Shown in pieces: positions 13,043 to 26,225 of a DNA stretch of 64,000 nucleotides. How positions within the stretch are numbered: the stretch's first letter is position 1; each line of letters starts with the position of its first letter. The notes beneath the pieces were generated by a model. It was not told where the DNA came from. It saw only the letters and a list, made by a program, of their open reading frames with translations, and searched no databases. The translations under genes and the position numbers were made by a program. Source of the DNA: Pseudogymnoascus verrucosus (Eukaryota); assembly GCA_001662655.1 (NCBI GenBank), contig KV460257.1; one strand, given 5' to 3'.

Positions 13043-13782
13043 AGTGGCTCGCCTTCCAGGACTCGTTTTTAAAGCACTATGAAATGTCGGCCGCTTGAAA
13101 ATGAAGTATACTCTAACTGCCCCCTCGACCTTTAAACTTAATCTACTCTGAAGTCTTCAAGGAGAGACGTAGGTGCTTATAGTGAATATTTAGAACTCGA
13201 CTAGCTATTGTAAGTGGCTTGAGCTCAATACACGTGATGCTGGTATTGCTGCATCAACTAATGTGCGTGAGTATTCAATCGACTCAGCTAGAAGCTACTA
13301 CTGGAAATTGCATCGCGGTGGCCGTCTGTTGCTCCGCGATGGGACAGGTCAAGATGACTCGCGTTTTCAAAATTATGGGCCCTCGCGGAGGATTTATCTC
13401 TCTCCGCGAGATCTCCGCACTGGCCCAGGATTCTATGAATGAACTGTGGCGATGGGGCCGTTCTAGGCGTTACGCCAGGTCATAGCCAACCCCACATTTC
13501 TTTAGCCAATTTTTACCCCGCGTTCTTCCCAGCGAACTGGCTGACCTTACCAGACCCGACTGCATGGCTAACTTGACCAAGTCTGGGGTTCATGGGGAAA
13601 CAATATGATACATGGACTCCTCAGGAACAAGTAAGTCCTATGATTTACCTATAATAACGCTATCATCAGCTTCTAATGCTTGAATTATTAAGTCTCGGAC
13701 AGCGACCATCCTCTCATAACTTCAAACTCCTAACTTGCTGATACTAAGACAACTAAATCAGACATTACTCAACCTCGTTGCG

Positions 13783-15912
13783 ATGACTCTGGTTCAAGGG
13801 TGCGCATAAAACGAACCCCTTTATGTGACAATATTAACGCCGTCTCATTGCAGTGTCGACTACTCAGTCGTCAATCCGGAGCAAAAATGGAAAATTCTCA
13901 GGTCGCAATCACGCTTCGCTTTCTGGGGTGAGTGTACATGGTTACTACAAGTCCCGTGTTTGATAACTAACCTTATACATAGCTTTTTGGATTTCCACTG
14001 GTGTCATAATGCAAGGTTTTGATATCGTAGCCGGTGGTCAGCTAGCTGCTCTGCCTGCTTTTCGAGAGCAGTTCGGAACTCTTCAACCAGATGGGAGCCA
14101 TTTGATCCCAGCTTATTACCTTTCAGCCTGGAACTCCATTGCTCCTGCGTGTGAAATCGTGGCTACTTTTATCTTTGCACCTATGCTAGAGAAGTTTGGA
14201 CGCAAACCTGGGATCCTTGCTGCGTCCATTATATCCGTCGCCGGTGTCCTGCTTCAATAACTATCTAAGGATTGGAAGGTACATTTAGCTGGACGTGGTG
14301 TTAATGGTAGGTTACTCTTCGTGCATCATACCGATTGACGAGCTATTATTAACAAGTCTGCCTAGGTATTGCCATTGGTATTATGTTCACTATAGCTCCT
14401 TTATGGATTGGCGAGACCTGTCGTCCTGAACTCCGTGGCTTCTTTCTTTGTTTCTTCAACACTAGTATTGTGTTTGGACAATTTGCCATGTACGTTCCTC
14501 GAGACCGAAGAACTTTGCTAAAATGCTAATTGACTTCAGCGTCGTGGTATCGAAAGGAAGCAGCGGCATAGACGGTAAATGGTAGGCCTCTGTTGCACAC
14601 GATTGAGGGATGACGCTGACTTTAACTTTGAAGGCAGTGGTGGCTTCCTGTCGTTGCCATGTATATATTCCCACGTAAGTCATCCAACATCGAGGAGCCC
14701 CGAACATTCCCCTACGGCGCTCGCTCCTTTCCATTAGTATAATCAAACTAACAACAAAACTCATAGTTATCCTTACTGTCGTCTGGCCTTTTTTTCCTGA
14801 ATCACCATACTGGCTCGTTCGCCAGAATCGCACCACCGATGCCAAGAATGCCCTCCGCCGCGCCTATGGCTTCAAGGGTGCCGACTCAGCATTTTATGAC
14901 ATAGAAGTCCTCCGCATGGAAGAGGAGATACGAATTACAACTGAGTTGCAAGGCGGTGTTGCTGCTAAACGTAACACTATCTTAGGTGTTAATGTATCCG
15001 CCGAAGCCGAATGCTTCCGTGGCATAAACCGCAAGCGCACGTTAACTGCAATTTTTGCTGCCAGCGCACAGCAAATGATTGGAGCGACTTTCGTGATTGG
15101 TTATGCCACATATTTCCTAGAACTCATCGGGATTACTAATTATTTCAATGCTTCGGTTGCGCTGTATGTAGTCATGCTTATAGCGAGCATGGCTGCGTTC
15201 CCACTTACCGAGATCTTTGGACGACGTGTATTGCTAGTTTGGCCTCAATTTGTTCTATGTTTCATGTTACTGATGATTGGAATTATGGGGTGTGTGCCTA
15301 ATCAGGTCCAAGCAGGTTATGGCATTGTGGCTTTCATCTATCTGTGGGCCATCATCTACCAACTTTCAATTGGTGCTACTGGGTTCGTCCTTGCATCTGA
15401 AATTGCAACTATGCGGCTTCGCGGGGCAACTCAAGGTCTGATCACGATCACCAACGCGTGTTGGGGATTGATCATGCAGTTTACTGTCCCTTATATGGTA
15501 AGTCCACAGACTTCTTGGCCTTATTAGAGCAGCCGTTCTTGGGTGCTAACTGCGACCTTAAAGATAAACCCAGACGCAGGGAATCTTGGAGGAAAAGTGG
15601 GCTTCATTTTCCTTGGGACTGGACTGATAGCAGCTATTGGAGGGTGGTACCTGTACCCTGAGACGAAAGTAAGTCATTCGGTCTCTAATATCCATTCGCA
15701 GGACATGAAGTCTTTCGAAACTAACAACTAGAAAGGGCATCTCATTTGAGAAACTCGATGAACTTTACAGCTTAAAGGTTGCACCTCGACATTTCAAGAA
15801 GTTGTCTAGGGAGGCAGGTATTGGACACATACGTGACAGCCCACAGCAGGTCGAAGCAGAGGTGATTGCGAACAAGACGGACAAAGAGCACGTAGAGCAT
15901 TCGAGCGTTTAA
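13783..15912 (+). pseudogene. MFS sugar porter (maltose/alpha-glucoside permease-like) with one in-frame stop
   Basis: [52 protein letters not shown] and YPETKG motifs over several introns. Premature TAA at 14258-14260 (LLQ*LSKDWK). Confidence 0.85.
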
Positions 15913-16727
15913 TGGCGAGTTACCTTTTTTGGAAGCTATAGTATGGTACTTTCTAGTGCGGGGTATATCAGAATGCGCGTGGCTAACAGGATATAAAGCC
16001 CTTAGTTCCCCGCTCACCCTTGCCTCGTCGTCACCACACTTCCGGCTAGGACCGTTGCAGGTGGATCATCCTGAGGAAAATATACTCTAGCAGGTGGCAA
16101 TTGCTTCGCGCGAGCACAATTGCTAGAGTAGATATAACTTGGATGAGGTGTGAGTATTTCAACTAAAGGCATCGGATCGACTTTGACTTGTACTACATTA
16201 TATTATACTTTTCAAGTAGTAGTGGTGGTGTTTAGGCTGCTGAATCCAGCAGCTTTGCACTGCTTTATACTATTTATTGAAACATGCAATAATAATTCAT
16301 GCATACTATACTCTGACCAACGCCCATGCTGCTAATATACCCCCCCAAACAGTCTCTACAGATGCCGATATAGCCGCGCGCTGGGCATGCAACATGTTTA
16401 AAAAGCAGGCGGAAGAATTATCCCACCTTCCATTTCGGAACAATGATAACAAGCTTCGGAACAACCCCGCCGCCGTCTCCTCTGCCCCGCGTTTCCCCCA
16501 CAACATGCAACGTCGTCCTGTATGTAGTATCGGACGACGATCTTCAAGTGGAAATATAAAAGACTCGTAGATTCCACCTCGGGCTTATCTTTAGTAATGT
16601 AGCTAAGAGCTGAGATTTTCCTTAACTCCAGGCGTCGGTTTCTGAGCTGTAGTTGACTCGGTTGCGCTGTAGCCTTGTTTGTTCGTTTCGTGCTACTCTT
16701 CTACACGCTGCCTGAAATACTACTGTA

Positions 16728-19353
16728 ATGATGAAGTCATTTTCATGGCTGGTTGTGCTCTCCCCGGCTGCGTTGCCAATGGTTGCGGGCAAGGGGTTCT
16801 GGTCGAGTACTCCAGCCACATTTCAACATCTTATCAAAGAAACGTACCCCGTTGGAAATGGCAGGCTAGGAGGTATGAGAGTCAATAATTTGGCAGTTTT
16901 TCAGATTTTTGACGAATTCAAGCTATGCCATTTGGTCCTCCCGGAGCAGAAAAAGTGGTTCTCAACATTGACTCGCTTTGGTCCGGTGGCCCATTCGAAT
17001 CATCTGTGAGTGTGATGAACACTTTATAAGGATCAAACTAATATTTGCCATGAGACATACACTGGCGGAAACCCAACATCCCCTCTTAATGAGTACCTTC
17101 CGGGAATTAGAGATTCAATCTTCCAGAAAGGCACAGGAAGTAAGCTCTCCATTCTGAAACCTTGCCTTCCATTATTAGTCTTTATGTAGCCTGCGCTGAC
17201 AGATTCCAGACGTCGATCAGCTTCTTGGAAATGGAGACAATTATGGAAGCTACCAGGTGTTTGCCAATTTATCAGTTGTCATCAATGGCGTGAGCTCTGC
17301 AACCAGCTACAATCGGTCTCTCGATTTCAACACGGGCATCCACACTACGGCCTATACTGCAGACAATGGGAACGATTATAAATCAACTGTGTATTGTTCC
17401 TATCCCGATCAGATTTGTGTCTACAGCCTTTCATCTAACGCTGCTCTTCCCAATATTACCATTTATCTGGAGAATCAGCTTACATCTGCGCCCTATTCTG
17501 CATCTTGCGAACGAAATGACACCTCTGTTATTCTGTCAGGCGTTACCCAGGCCGGTCCTCCTCAAGGAATGCAGTACGAAGGGAAAGCCCAATTAATAAC
17601 TGGAACAGGAAAATCCATGCTTCATCGCGGCGCTCACACGAGACCTCTGTGCAGTGGCTCATCGCTAATTATACCATCCGATTCTAAAACTCGGACACTT
17701 AGTCTCGTAATTGGTGCTGCTACGAATTATGACCAACTGGCTGGCAACGCCGAAAGCAACTTCTCATTTGCAATTCCAGGATCCGATACAATTGACACTC
17801 ATTCTTTGCTTGATCCAATTATCTCAGCAGTCACGTCACCGGCAGCGTCAAAGGCAGAAAGCACACTCCGACGAGCCCACATTACAGACTACCATGACTT
17901 GGTGGGCCAATTCACCTTGGAGCTTCCAGATTCTGCAGGGTCATCCGGTCTAGAAACATCAGTTCTTATTAGCCAGTATAACTCTTCCGGCCTAGGCGAC
18001 CCATATCTCGAATCTACAATATTTGCGCTGGGACGCCATCTCTTTATCTCCTCTTCGAGAGATAATTCCCTCCCTACAAATCTAGCAGGGAGATGGAGTG
18101 AGACAATTGGAGCTGCATGGAGTGCAGACTATCACTCCAATATCAACTTCCAAATGAATCATTGGGGCGCTGATCAGACTGGACTGGGGCGTCTCCAAGC
18201 CTCGACCTGGAACTACATCCAGAATACTTGGGTGCCTCGAGGGACCGAAACCGCACAGCTTCTATATGGGGCTCCAGGATGGGTTACGCACGATGAAATG
18301 AACATCTTCGGGCACACAGGCATGAAGGAGGATGCTCAATGGGCCAATTATCCAGTCGCTGCCGCATGGATGATGCAGCATGTCTCCGATCATTTCTCCT
18401 ATTCGCAAAACGTTACCTGGTATCGAGATCAAGGATACCCGCTCCTCAAAGGCGTCGCCCAGTTCTGGCTTTCCCAGCTTCAACCAGACAAATACTTTAA
18501 TGACGGCAGCCTTGTGGTGAACCCATGCAACTCAGCGGAACATGGTCCTACTACATTCGCATGCACGCACTATCAGCAACTAATTCACCAGCTCTTGACC
18601 GATATCAGGTCAACGGAGGCTTTGCTTCCAGATACCGAGGAGGAGTTCATTGCTAACGTCACAACCGCCCTGAAAACTCTCGATAATGGCCTGCATATCG
18701 GTACCTGGGGCCAAGTCAAAGAGTGGAAGATCCCGGATTCTTTTGGTTATGACTTTGAGAACGATACCCATCGCCACCTCTCTAATCTCGTCGGATGGTA
18801 CCCTGGTTATAGTATGTCCTCCTTCCTTGGGGGATACACGAACACAACTATTCAGGATGCTGTGGCTACAACCCTTTACTCAAGAGGACCAGGATATGCC
18901 GACGCAAACGCAGGTTGGGAGAAAGTCTGGCGATCAGCTTGCTGGGCCAGATTGAATAATACCGATGAGGCTTATTTTGAGCTCAGATATGCGATTGATG
19001 AGAATTTTGCCTCGAATGGCTTGAGTATGTACAGCGGACAGAATCCGCCTTTCCAAATCGATGCCAACTTCGGGATTGTGGGAGCAATGCTAAGCATGCT
19101 GGTTGTGGATTTGCCGAATGGCAATGCAGTGGAGAATCGGACAGTGGTATTGGGACCAGCTATTCCTACGAGATGGGGCGGTGGGTCTGTTAAAGGACTG
19201 CGACTGAGAGGTGGTGGACTAGTCGACTTCACATGGGACCTAAATGGGCTTGTTGTAAGTGTGAATGCAAGCGGAATAGCCAAAGGTCTTCGGATTGAGA
19301 ATAAGGAGGGGACTATCCTCGTAGGATCTCGATTACGAACTGAGATACTTTAG
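16728..19353 (+). CDS. Secreted GH95 alpha-L-fucosidase-like glycosidase, 3 introns near the 5' end
   Basis: Signal peptide [20 protein letters not shown]. Motifs [56 protein letters not shown] and [11 protein letters not shown]. Confidence 0.92.
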
Positions 19354-19509
19354 TCCCCTTTCTCTTTTCAGTAACTTATACAATCATGAAACTACTGTTC
19401 AAAACTCCTGCATACTAATTTAGCTATGTAACTTTAAACTCCTTTTGTGTAGCATTGTATCCGATTCCATTATAGAATCTCAACAAATAACATTTGCCTG
19501 ACTATTTTC

Positions 19510-21028
19510 TTAACCTGTACCACCTTGCATGTTGATGGTAATGGACTTTGCTTCCAGATAACTCATTAGACCAGCACGGCCACCTTCTCTTCCTCCATTC
19601 CCACTCTCTTTCCACCCTCCGAAAGGCATGTCGATGTTTCCCCCAATGCTCGCGTTGATTGATACAGTCCCAGCCTCAATCAACTTGCTGACCCTTAGAG
19701 CTAGCGGGATATCCCTCGTGAACAAGTAAGCAGCTAGTCCATAAGTTGTATCGTTCGCGAGTTCAATTGCTTCCTCCACGGTTTTAAAGGTTCGAATTGC
19801 TAGAGCCGGGCCGAATATTTCATCCCTCCAAACCGAAGATTCAAGAGGAGGGTTATTCATGATTGTTGGCTCGATGTAATTCCCCTTCGACTTTCCGCCA
19901 GCGAGAAACTCAACACCGTCCTTCTTCGCTTGCTCAAAGAATGACACAACTCGGTCCTTTTGTGCAGTGTCTGCTAAGGGACCTAGAAACGTTGACGGAA
20001 GCGCAGGGTCTCCAAGTGCCCCTTTGAACATGTCGAATCGGGCCTTCAAGCCCTTAGTAAACTCCTCGGCAATCTCTTCCTGAACCAAAATCCGTGTTGC
20101 AGCAATGCAGACTTGACCGGAGTTGAAAAGGAAGTTTTGGGAGGAGTGAACAAGTGCATTCTCGAGATCGGCGTCTTTGAAAATGATTGACGGGGATTTA
20201 CCACCAAGTTCTAGAGTAACGCGCTTGAGATTACTATTCGTTGCCGCGATTTGTACTTTCCTGCCGGATGAGACGGATCCGGTGTAACTAATCTTCTTGA
20301 TGCCCATGTGCGATGCCATGAGGGCTCCTGTAGAACCATCACCACTCAGCAGGTTGATAACGCCAGGAGGAAACCCAGCTTGGACAATCAATTCCCCAAC
20401 CGGAAGTGAGCCCAGAGGTGATTTTTCCGAGGATTTGAAGATGAATGTATTCCCAGCAGCAACCGCTGGTGCGATTTTCATACAAAGCATGTAGAGTGTA
20501 GCATTCCATGCCGCAATACCAGCGCATACTCCGAGAGGGTCGTACCGGATCAGCTTGTACGTCTTGTCATCGCCCTCGGGAACTAGTTCTCCGGGAATCT
20601 TATCGCAATACCCAGCATAATGGCGCCAGGTAGAACCCATGAGACTGCCCAAGGGAGCGGCCAGTGCTACCGGTTGGCCCATTGCAATAGTTTCTAGCTT
20701 CATCAGACTCTCGAAATTTTCATCCAAAAGGTCAGCAAGTTTTAGCATGCATTTGGCCCTCTCAGAACCGGGCATTATGCTCCATGGGCCTTTGAAGGCT
20801 GCTTGTGCTGCAGCGACAGCATCGTTTACGTCCTCTTCGCCACCAGAGTGTACCGCATCCGTGACGATCGAGTCATCAACGGGATTACGAACAACCACGT
20901 AAGTGCCAGATTTAGCAGACACATACTAGAGAAATTGTAGGTATTAGACTATATGCAAGCAATGGTAATGGCGAGTATGCACTGACCTCGTTGTTGATAA
21001 AAAGCTTGGTTTGGAAATTTTGAGCCAT
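19510..21028 (-). CDS. NAD(P)+-dependent aldehyde dehydrogenase, 1 intron
   Basis: Exon 1 MAQNFQTKLFINNE (ATG 21028). Motifs AWN, KSSEKSP, YTGS, TLELGGKS, catalytic FNSGQVC, EIFGP and PFGGWKESG. Confidence 0.93.
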
Positions 21029-21668
21029 CTTTGTAATGAGACCAAATTGAGTGTTCACTTTGAGGAAGAATATTAATGGGTTTTATTTCAGGCTGTGCTT
21101 ATTATCGGGATTACGACGTCTCTTTAATCCAACGCGGGGTTGCAGTTACTTGAATAGATCATAGTTTAGATTGGCCCAAATTAACGACGTGGTGCGTCAT
21201 CTTGGAAAAGGATCGAGATCCTAGTTCCGCCCGCAGCGTAACACCGCCCTCAGCGCAAATATCTTCATCTCCGAATGATCGGTGCTCGAAGAAGGAATGT
21301 CCTTGTCCCATACTGTGGACGAAAGCTCTGGGCTAGAGATATCGATATCGGCGGAAGTTGAACCTTGCTGCCACGTTCAAGAGTCCCGTACTCTAGAGCT
21401 AGGGGAAGATAGTGAGCAGAAACGGTGGGCTGTTAAGTTTTGACAGGGAATTAAGATGGGGCGACTAGTTGTAGATAACCTATGTCGGTTCATAATTCTA
21501 CTCATTCTTAGTTTGATTCGATACAGCACCATTGCTGCTGGTTCATATCGAGAATTTTTTATCGTAGCAGGAGGCAACTGCTTCACGCAAACACATTCGC
21601 GGAATAGACATGAGTTGGATGAGATGTGACTATTTCTACTAAAGGCACCTGATCAACTTTGACATATA

Positions 21669-24600
21669 CTAAATTTCCGCCTCTTTCGCGCCATGTTGCC
21701 GTAAAAGTTGAGCGATATCTGAGTAGCCGCGATTATTAGCCTCCTGCAATGCGCTGCCAAAACCCTCGCGCATGTAATTAGCATTAGCTCTTGCTTGAAG
21801 AAGCAGCTCCACTATGTGCTTTTTCCCGCAGCTAGCTGCCGCCGAGAGTGCGTTTCCATAATATCTGCCGCCTCCTCTATTTATATCAGCTCCTGCTTGA
21901 AGAAGCATCCGGACTATTTTCTCATGCCCATGGTAAGCTGCCTCCTGCAATGCGCTGCTGTAAGTCCCACCTATGCTATTCACATCAGCTCCTGTGTCAA
22001 GAAGCATCTGCACTGCCAAAGCATTCCCATGCTGAGCTGCCGCCTCCAGTGCGCTGCCGAGCTTTCTGTTCCCGCTATTCACATTAGCTCCCCACTGAAG
22101 AAGGAGCTTTACAACCTGCACACTCCCACCGACAGCTGCTGCATACAGTGCGTTGCTATAATCATGGCCACCTCCGCTATTTGCATCGGCCCCTGATTGT
22201 AGAAGCAGCTGAACAATCTCATATTTTCCAGCAAATGCAGCAGCCTGTAGTGCGATCCCATCGATCTCACACACGAAGTTTACATCAGCCCGGAACTGGA
22301 GAAGCAGACGAACTATCTGCCAGTTCCCTTTACTAGAAGCCGCCTGCTGCAGTGCTCTGCCACCTTCTATGTCTACATCACCCCCTAAATGTAGTAGTTT
22401 TTGTACGACGGCCGTCAATCCTACTGTTGCGGCCATAATGAGTGGTGTCTGGGTGCACCTATCATTATTGCCGCAACAGTAGGATACAATATCATGGCGG
22501 GCACCATTTTCGAGTAGTAGCAGTGCAACGTCTATGTGACCAGAATCTATAGCTGAAAGGAGTGGAGCTAACCTAGGTTTGTCTCCAGGAAAATCGATAT
22601 CTGCGCCTGCGGCGATGAGATGCCGGGCAACTGCGAGGTATCCCTTGCCTGCTGCTAGTTGCAGGGGACTGCCGTGTTGTCTTCCTACATCATTGACATT
22701 TCCCTTGATTTGTATTAAGTTCAGGAGGAGGTCAGGTAGATTTTCGTTCGATAGTATGTAGATTAGACTGTCGTTTGGATGATAGACTGTAGGGCTACCT
22801 CTGGGGTTATAACTGAAGTCATTATACACCATCATCCATTTTTGAATTGATGTCCTATCAGGGGCTTCGAAATCAGTGAGAAACCCTCCCTGGTCTATAT
22901 CGCAGCTTTGGGCGACTTCAGCGTGAGCGAAGACGTACCGAACAGCATACCACGCGAATGGAAAGTGGCGCAAAATATCATCCTTTAGGTTCGGCTTTGT
23001 CCTCAGTCCATTAAGTAGTGGGGTCAGTCTTGGCTGCGTAGGGCTCCAACGGTTATCCTTAAACACGCCCAGTGTCATGTACTGATAGCAGCAATGTTTT
23101 AGTCGTTCCTCGCTGAATCCCCTAACATTGATCGCAAAGTTGGGTTCGAGCTTGGTGAAGCCATCATGAAGAAGAAGAAAGTCGCATACGGACTCATAGA
23201 TGAACTGGACAGTTCTATCCATCTTGGTTACTTCTACGAGCCCCTTCGAGATATTGAGGATAAAATTTTCAATGCCCTCGGAATTAATTTCGTCAGCATC
23301 CCATTTTTCTATTGCTGTTGGCTCTGTTCCTGCTAGAACGGCAAAGTATAGCTCCTCTGGGTTCAGTGGCCTCTTAGCGAACAAGACCCATTGAAAGCAC
23401 AGAATTGATTTGTACTTCGAGTTGGGGTCTGATTTTAGGATGTTGGTAAACAGGTCGTCGAGCTCCTTGGGGACACTGTCTAGTAGTTGTTGTAATTGGG
23501 CAGGCTTGCCTTCGCCACGACGGAATGCCATGTTTAAGAGTTCTACTACCAACCTAACCCATATAAATACCCCCGATGATCTGCTGCACAATTCACACTT
23601 AATAAGAGCTACGTGTGGGCTGTAGGGCACTCTGAATTCGCTGTCGATGTATGTCATAATGTCTTGATTATGGCTATATTGCTTCTCGAGGGTTAATTTA
23701 ACACCCCACCGAATCAGGATATTTAGATAGTGGCGCGTCGATAGGCATATGTGCAGAGGTGATCCTAATGACACTGCAGTATGCCCGATGTTCTCGAAGA
23801 ATTTGACTAATTTAAGCACCTCATCGTCCTTGCATTCGTCAAGTGCGTCGATAAACCACATAACTGGATACTCTTGAGGTGTCTTCATAATTGTAATTAG
23901 AATCGCCTAGAGCTCGCCAATATTCCACTCATAGACCTCGCTATGCTTTATCTTGAAGGAGAGTAGATGTGAGAGGTCATCTAGGATAGTTGGGGTTTTC
24001 GAGATTAATTGGAGTAAGACTGAGCGGTACATTCCTAGTATTGACCTTTCAAGTTCAGCTCCTCGCGCGTTGAAGAAGAACGTGATAACTGTAGATGGCA
24101 ACGCCGCATTAGTAGCGGCTTCGACAGCGAGCTTCATAATCGTCGACTTTCCAGATCCTGGCTTCCCTTTAATCTAGATGAAACCATTATGTTCGGAGAC
24201 AAGATTACTGTCAAGCCACTAGTCGTATTCAGGTGTGGAAAACAGCCAATCGCACGTTGTGCTAGTTGCTGTCTCGATATTAAAGAACCGCGTCTTCTTC
24301 TAATTGAACTTCAATGAGTCTTCGATAGCCTTTTTCTCCTTTTCAGTTAACTTTTTTAGATTCAGCTGCCCTTTGATACCACGAGGGATAGTGCTCATAG
24401 CAGTTAACGTCATGCAATTTAGCTTCGCAAGAACTTCGTCATAGTCGCTATCGTTCGGAGTGAATTTAACCAACGTTGAATGATCTCTCTTCATTCCTAT
24501 GCAATTATGGGCTTCGTTCTCCCACGGGCGGGTATGTCTTGCGGAAGAGCTATCAACTAAGATGCAAAGCGGTCCCCCCATATTCCATACATTGTTTTCT

Positions 24601-25668
24601 ATCTTCTGAATGTTAGTGCGTGAAAGTAAAAACAGCGTACTGAGCTTACAAATTTTGCTGTTTGCAACATCTCGGTTTCGTAGTAGCAGAATATTTCTGA
24701 ATCTTTTCTGTCAAATGCCTTAGGGAAGTCTCGAGACTGATTTCGAAGGAAATGTGACTCCTTTCCGAGAGTGTGAAGTAGAGCTTGGTTTGGCTGACCT
24801 GCAACCATTGGTACAAGAGAAGCTACCTCCATGCCTTGGCTTGGGACGCTAAAGAAAAGACCGCCGTCCTGGTGTTTCTTATCGTTCTTCATTTGTATCA
24901 TTGCCTCTTTAACGATTAATCCCCCAAGGCTATGGGCTATAAATATCAAGGGCACTGTTTTCATTTGGGAATTGGTCGAGCCTGGTGCCCTCTGAGCAGC
25001 GATGCTTGCTCGGAACGAGCTCGCTAATGATTTAATATCTTGAAAAGAAGCACTGCCATGAAGTTGAGTGTCGTAGCCGTATATCATGATTTGGGCACCT
25101 AGAAGACCTCGGGGTAGTGAGTCACACAACCACATATGTTGCCCATCTCGCGCTTTAAATGACCCAAATGCATGTCCCCTAAGTCCTGAGATTGCAATAA
25201 TGCTACGCGTTGTTAGATATTTGCGATATATATCTGAATATTGACTTATACGTACTCTATCTTGTGTTCATCTAACTTACTGAAAGATCGAAGTACTGTG
25301 ATGCCTTTGAAATGTGAATCAACTGTAATGATTTGCTCTTGGGGAATTATATCGTCGTCATCATCAGTGCTACTATTTTCACTATTATTTTCAGTGGGTA
25401 TAGGAAAATGCCATTCTCCATCGGCCCTTGGGGGGAGGAGTATCGGCAGGCAGCTAAAGCATACTGTAGCCACCCTGGTCCTCCGGTTCGGACTGATAGC
25501 GATCGACCTGAGTTTGACCGAGTTCCCAGCCTTGTCAAGTTGCAAGACCGTTTGGAGTAGGGACTTGACTTGCTTCTGCTTGTAGTCTATAGGGATTCCC
25601 GTAACCCGGTATGCGGCATTAGCTTCATTTTTGTTTGAGCCTATCAACTGCGGATCCAAGGTCCCCAT
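21669..25668 (-). pseudogene. Fungal NLR: SesB-like alpha/beta-hydrolase + NACHT + ankyrin repeats, inactivated by RIP-type stops
   Basis: SGLRGHAFGSF, MWLCDSLP and FIAHSLGGLIVKEA (hydrolase); GKPGSGKST (Walker A) and FIDALDEC (Walker B); about ten ankyrin repeats. In-frame TAGs at ~23907, ~24175, ~24220 and ~24300 fit CAG>TAG or TGG>TAG changes. Confidence 0.9.
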
Positions 25669-25971
25669 AGTATATAGGTAGCATATGAGGAATATGACAT
25701 AAGACAAATACTCATATCCTCGCGGTAGGCCATATTTGAAGAGGGTAGCTGGTGAGGCTGGGAGACCAGTAGCCCATATAACCCCTGCAATATTGGGCCT
25801 CCAATGCGAGACTCAACACAGCTTCTCTCTCCTCCGGTTCACGTGAGATATGTAACAGAAAAAAGGCTAGCAACTTCGTTATATCATAAACTACATATCC
25901 TGATGCGAAGGCTTGCCACAGATTTATGAGAGTTAGTAGGGGATTAAGTAAGAATCCAAGAGAGACGCTAT

Positions 25972-26225
25972 GAGAGAGAATTGTGTTATCAGAACTTTCT
26001 ATCACTTGATTACTAGATGGCCTCTCATTCGACTTTCCCTGTGGTGGGAAGCTACGAGAGAGTTGTGTCCTTAGAACTTCAAATCGCCCAACAAATAGAT
26101 AGCCTCTCATGTGACTATGCCTTACTGTGAGACGTTATTAAAGAGAGCTGTGTCCTCAGGACCTTTAAATCACGCCCCTGCCCCCCCCCCAAAAAATAGA
26201 TGGCCTTTCGTGACTTTTTCTGTGC
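25972..26225 (+). repeat. Three diverged ~85-bp tandem units
   Basis: GAGAG..TGTGT....AG.AC.TT starts near 25972, 26056 and 26143. Each copy is followed by TAGAT.GCCT.TC...GACT. Confidence 0.7.

Noticed and set aside
16728..21028. GH95 and aldehyde dehydrogenase as members of the fructoside cluster
   Set aside because: They are separated from it by a TpA-rich spacer, GH95 is secreted with unrelated specificity, and I noticed no shared TCCGCGA motif cluster. A fucose/lactaldehyde link between the two is conceivable but unsupported.
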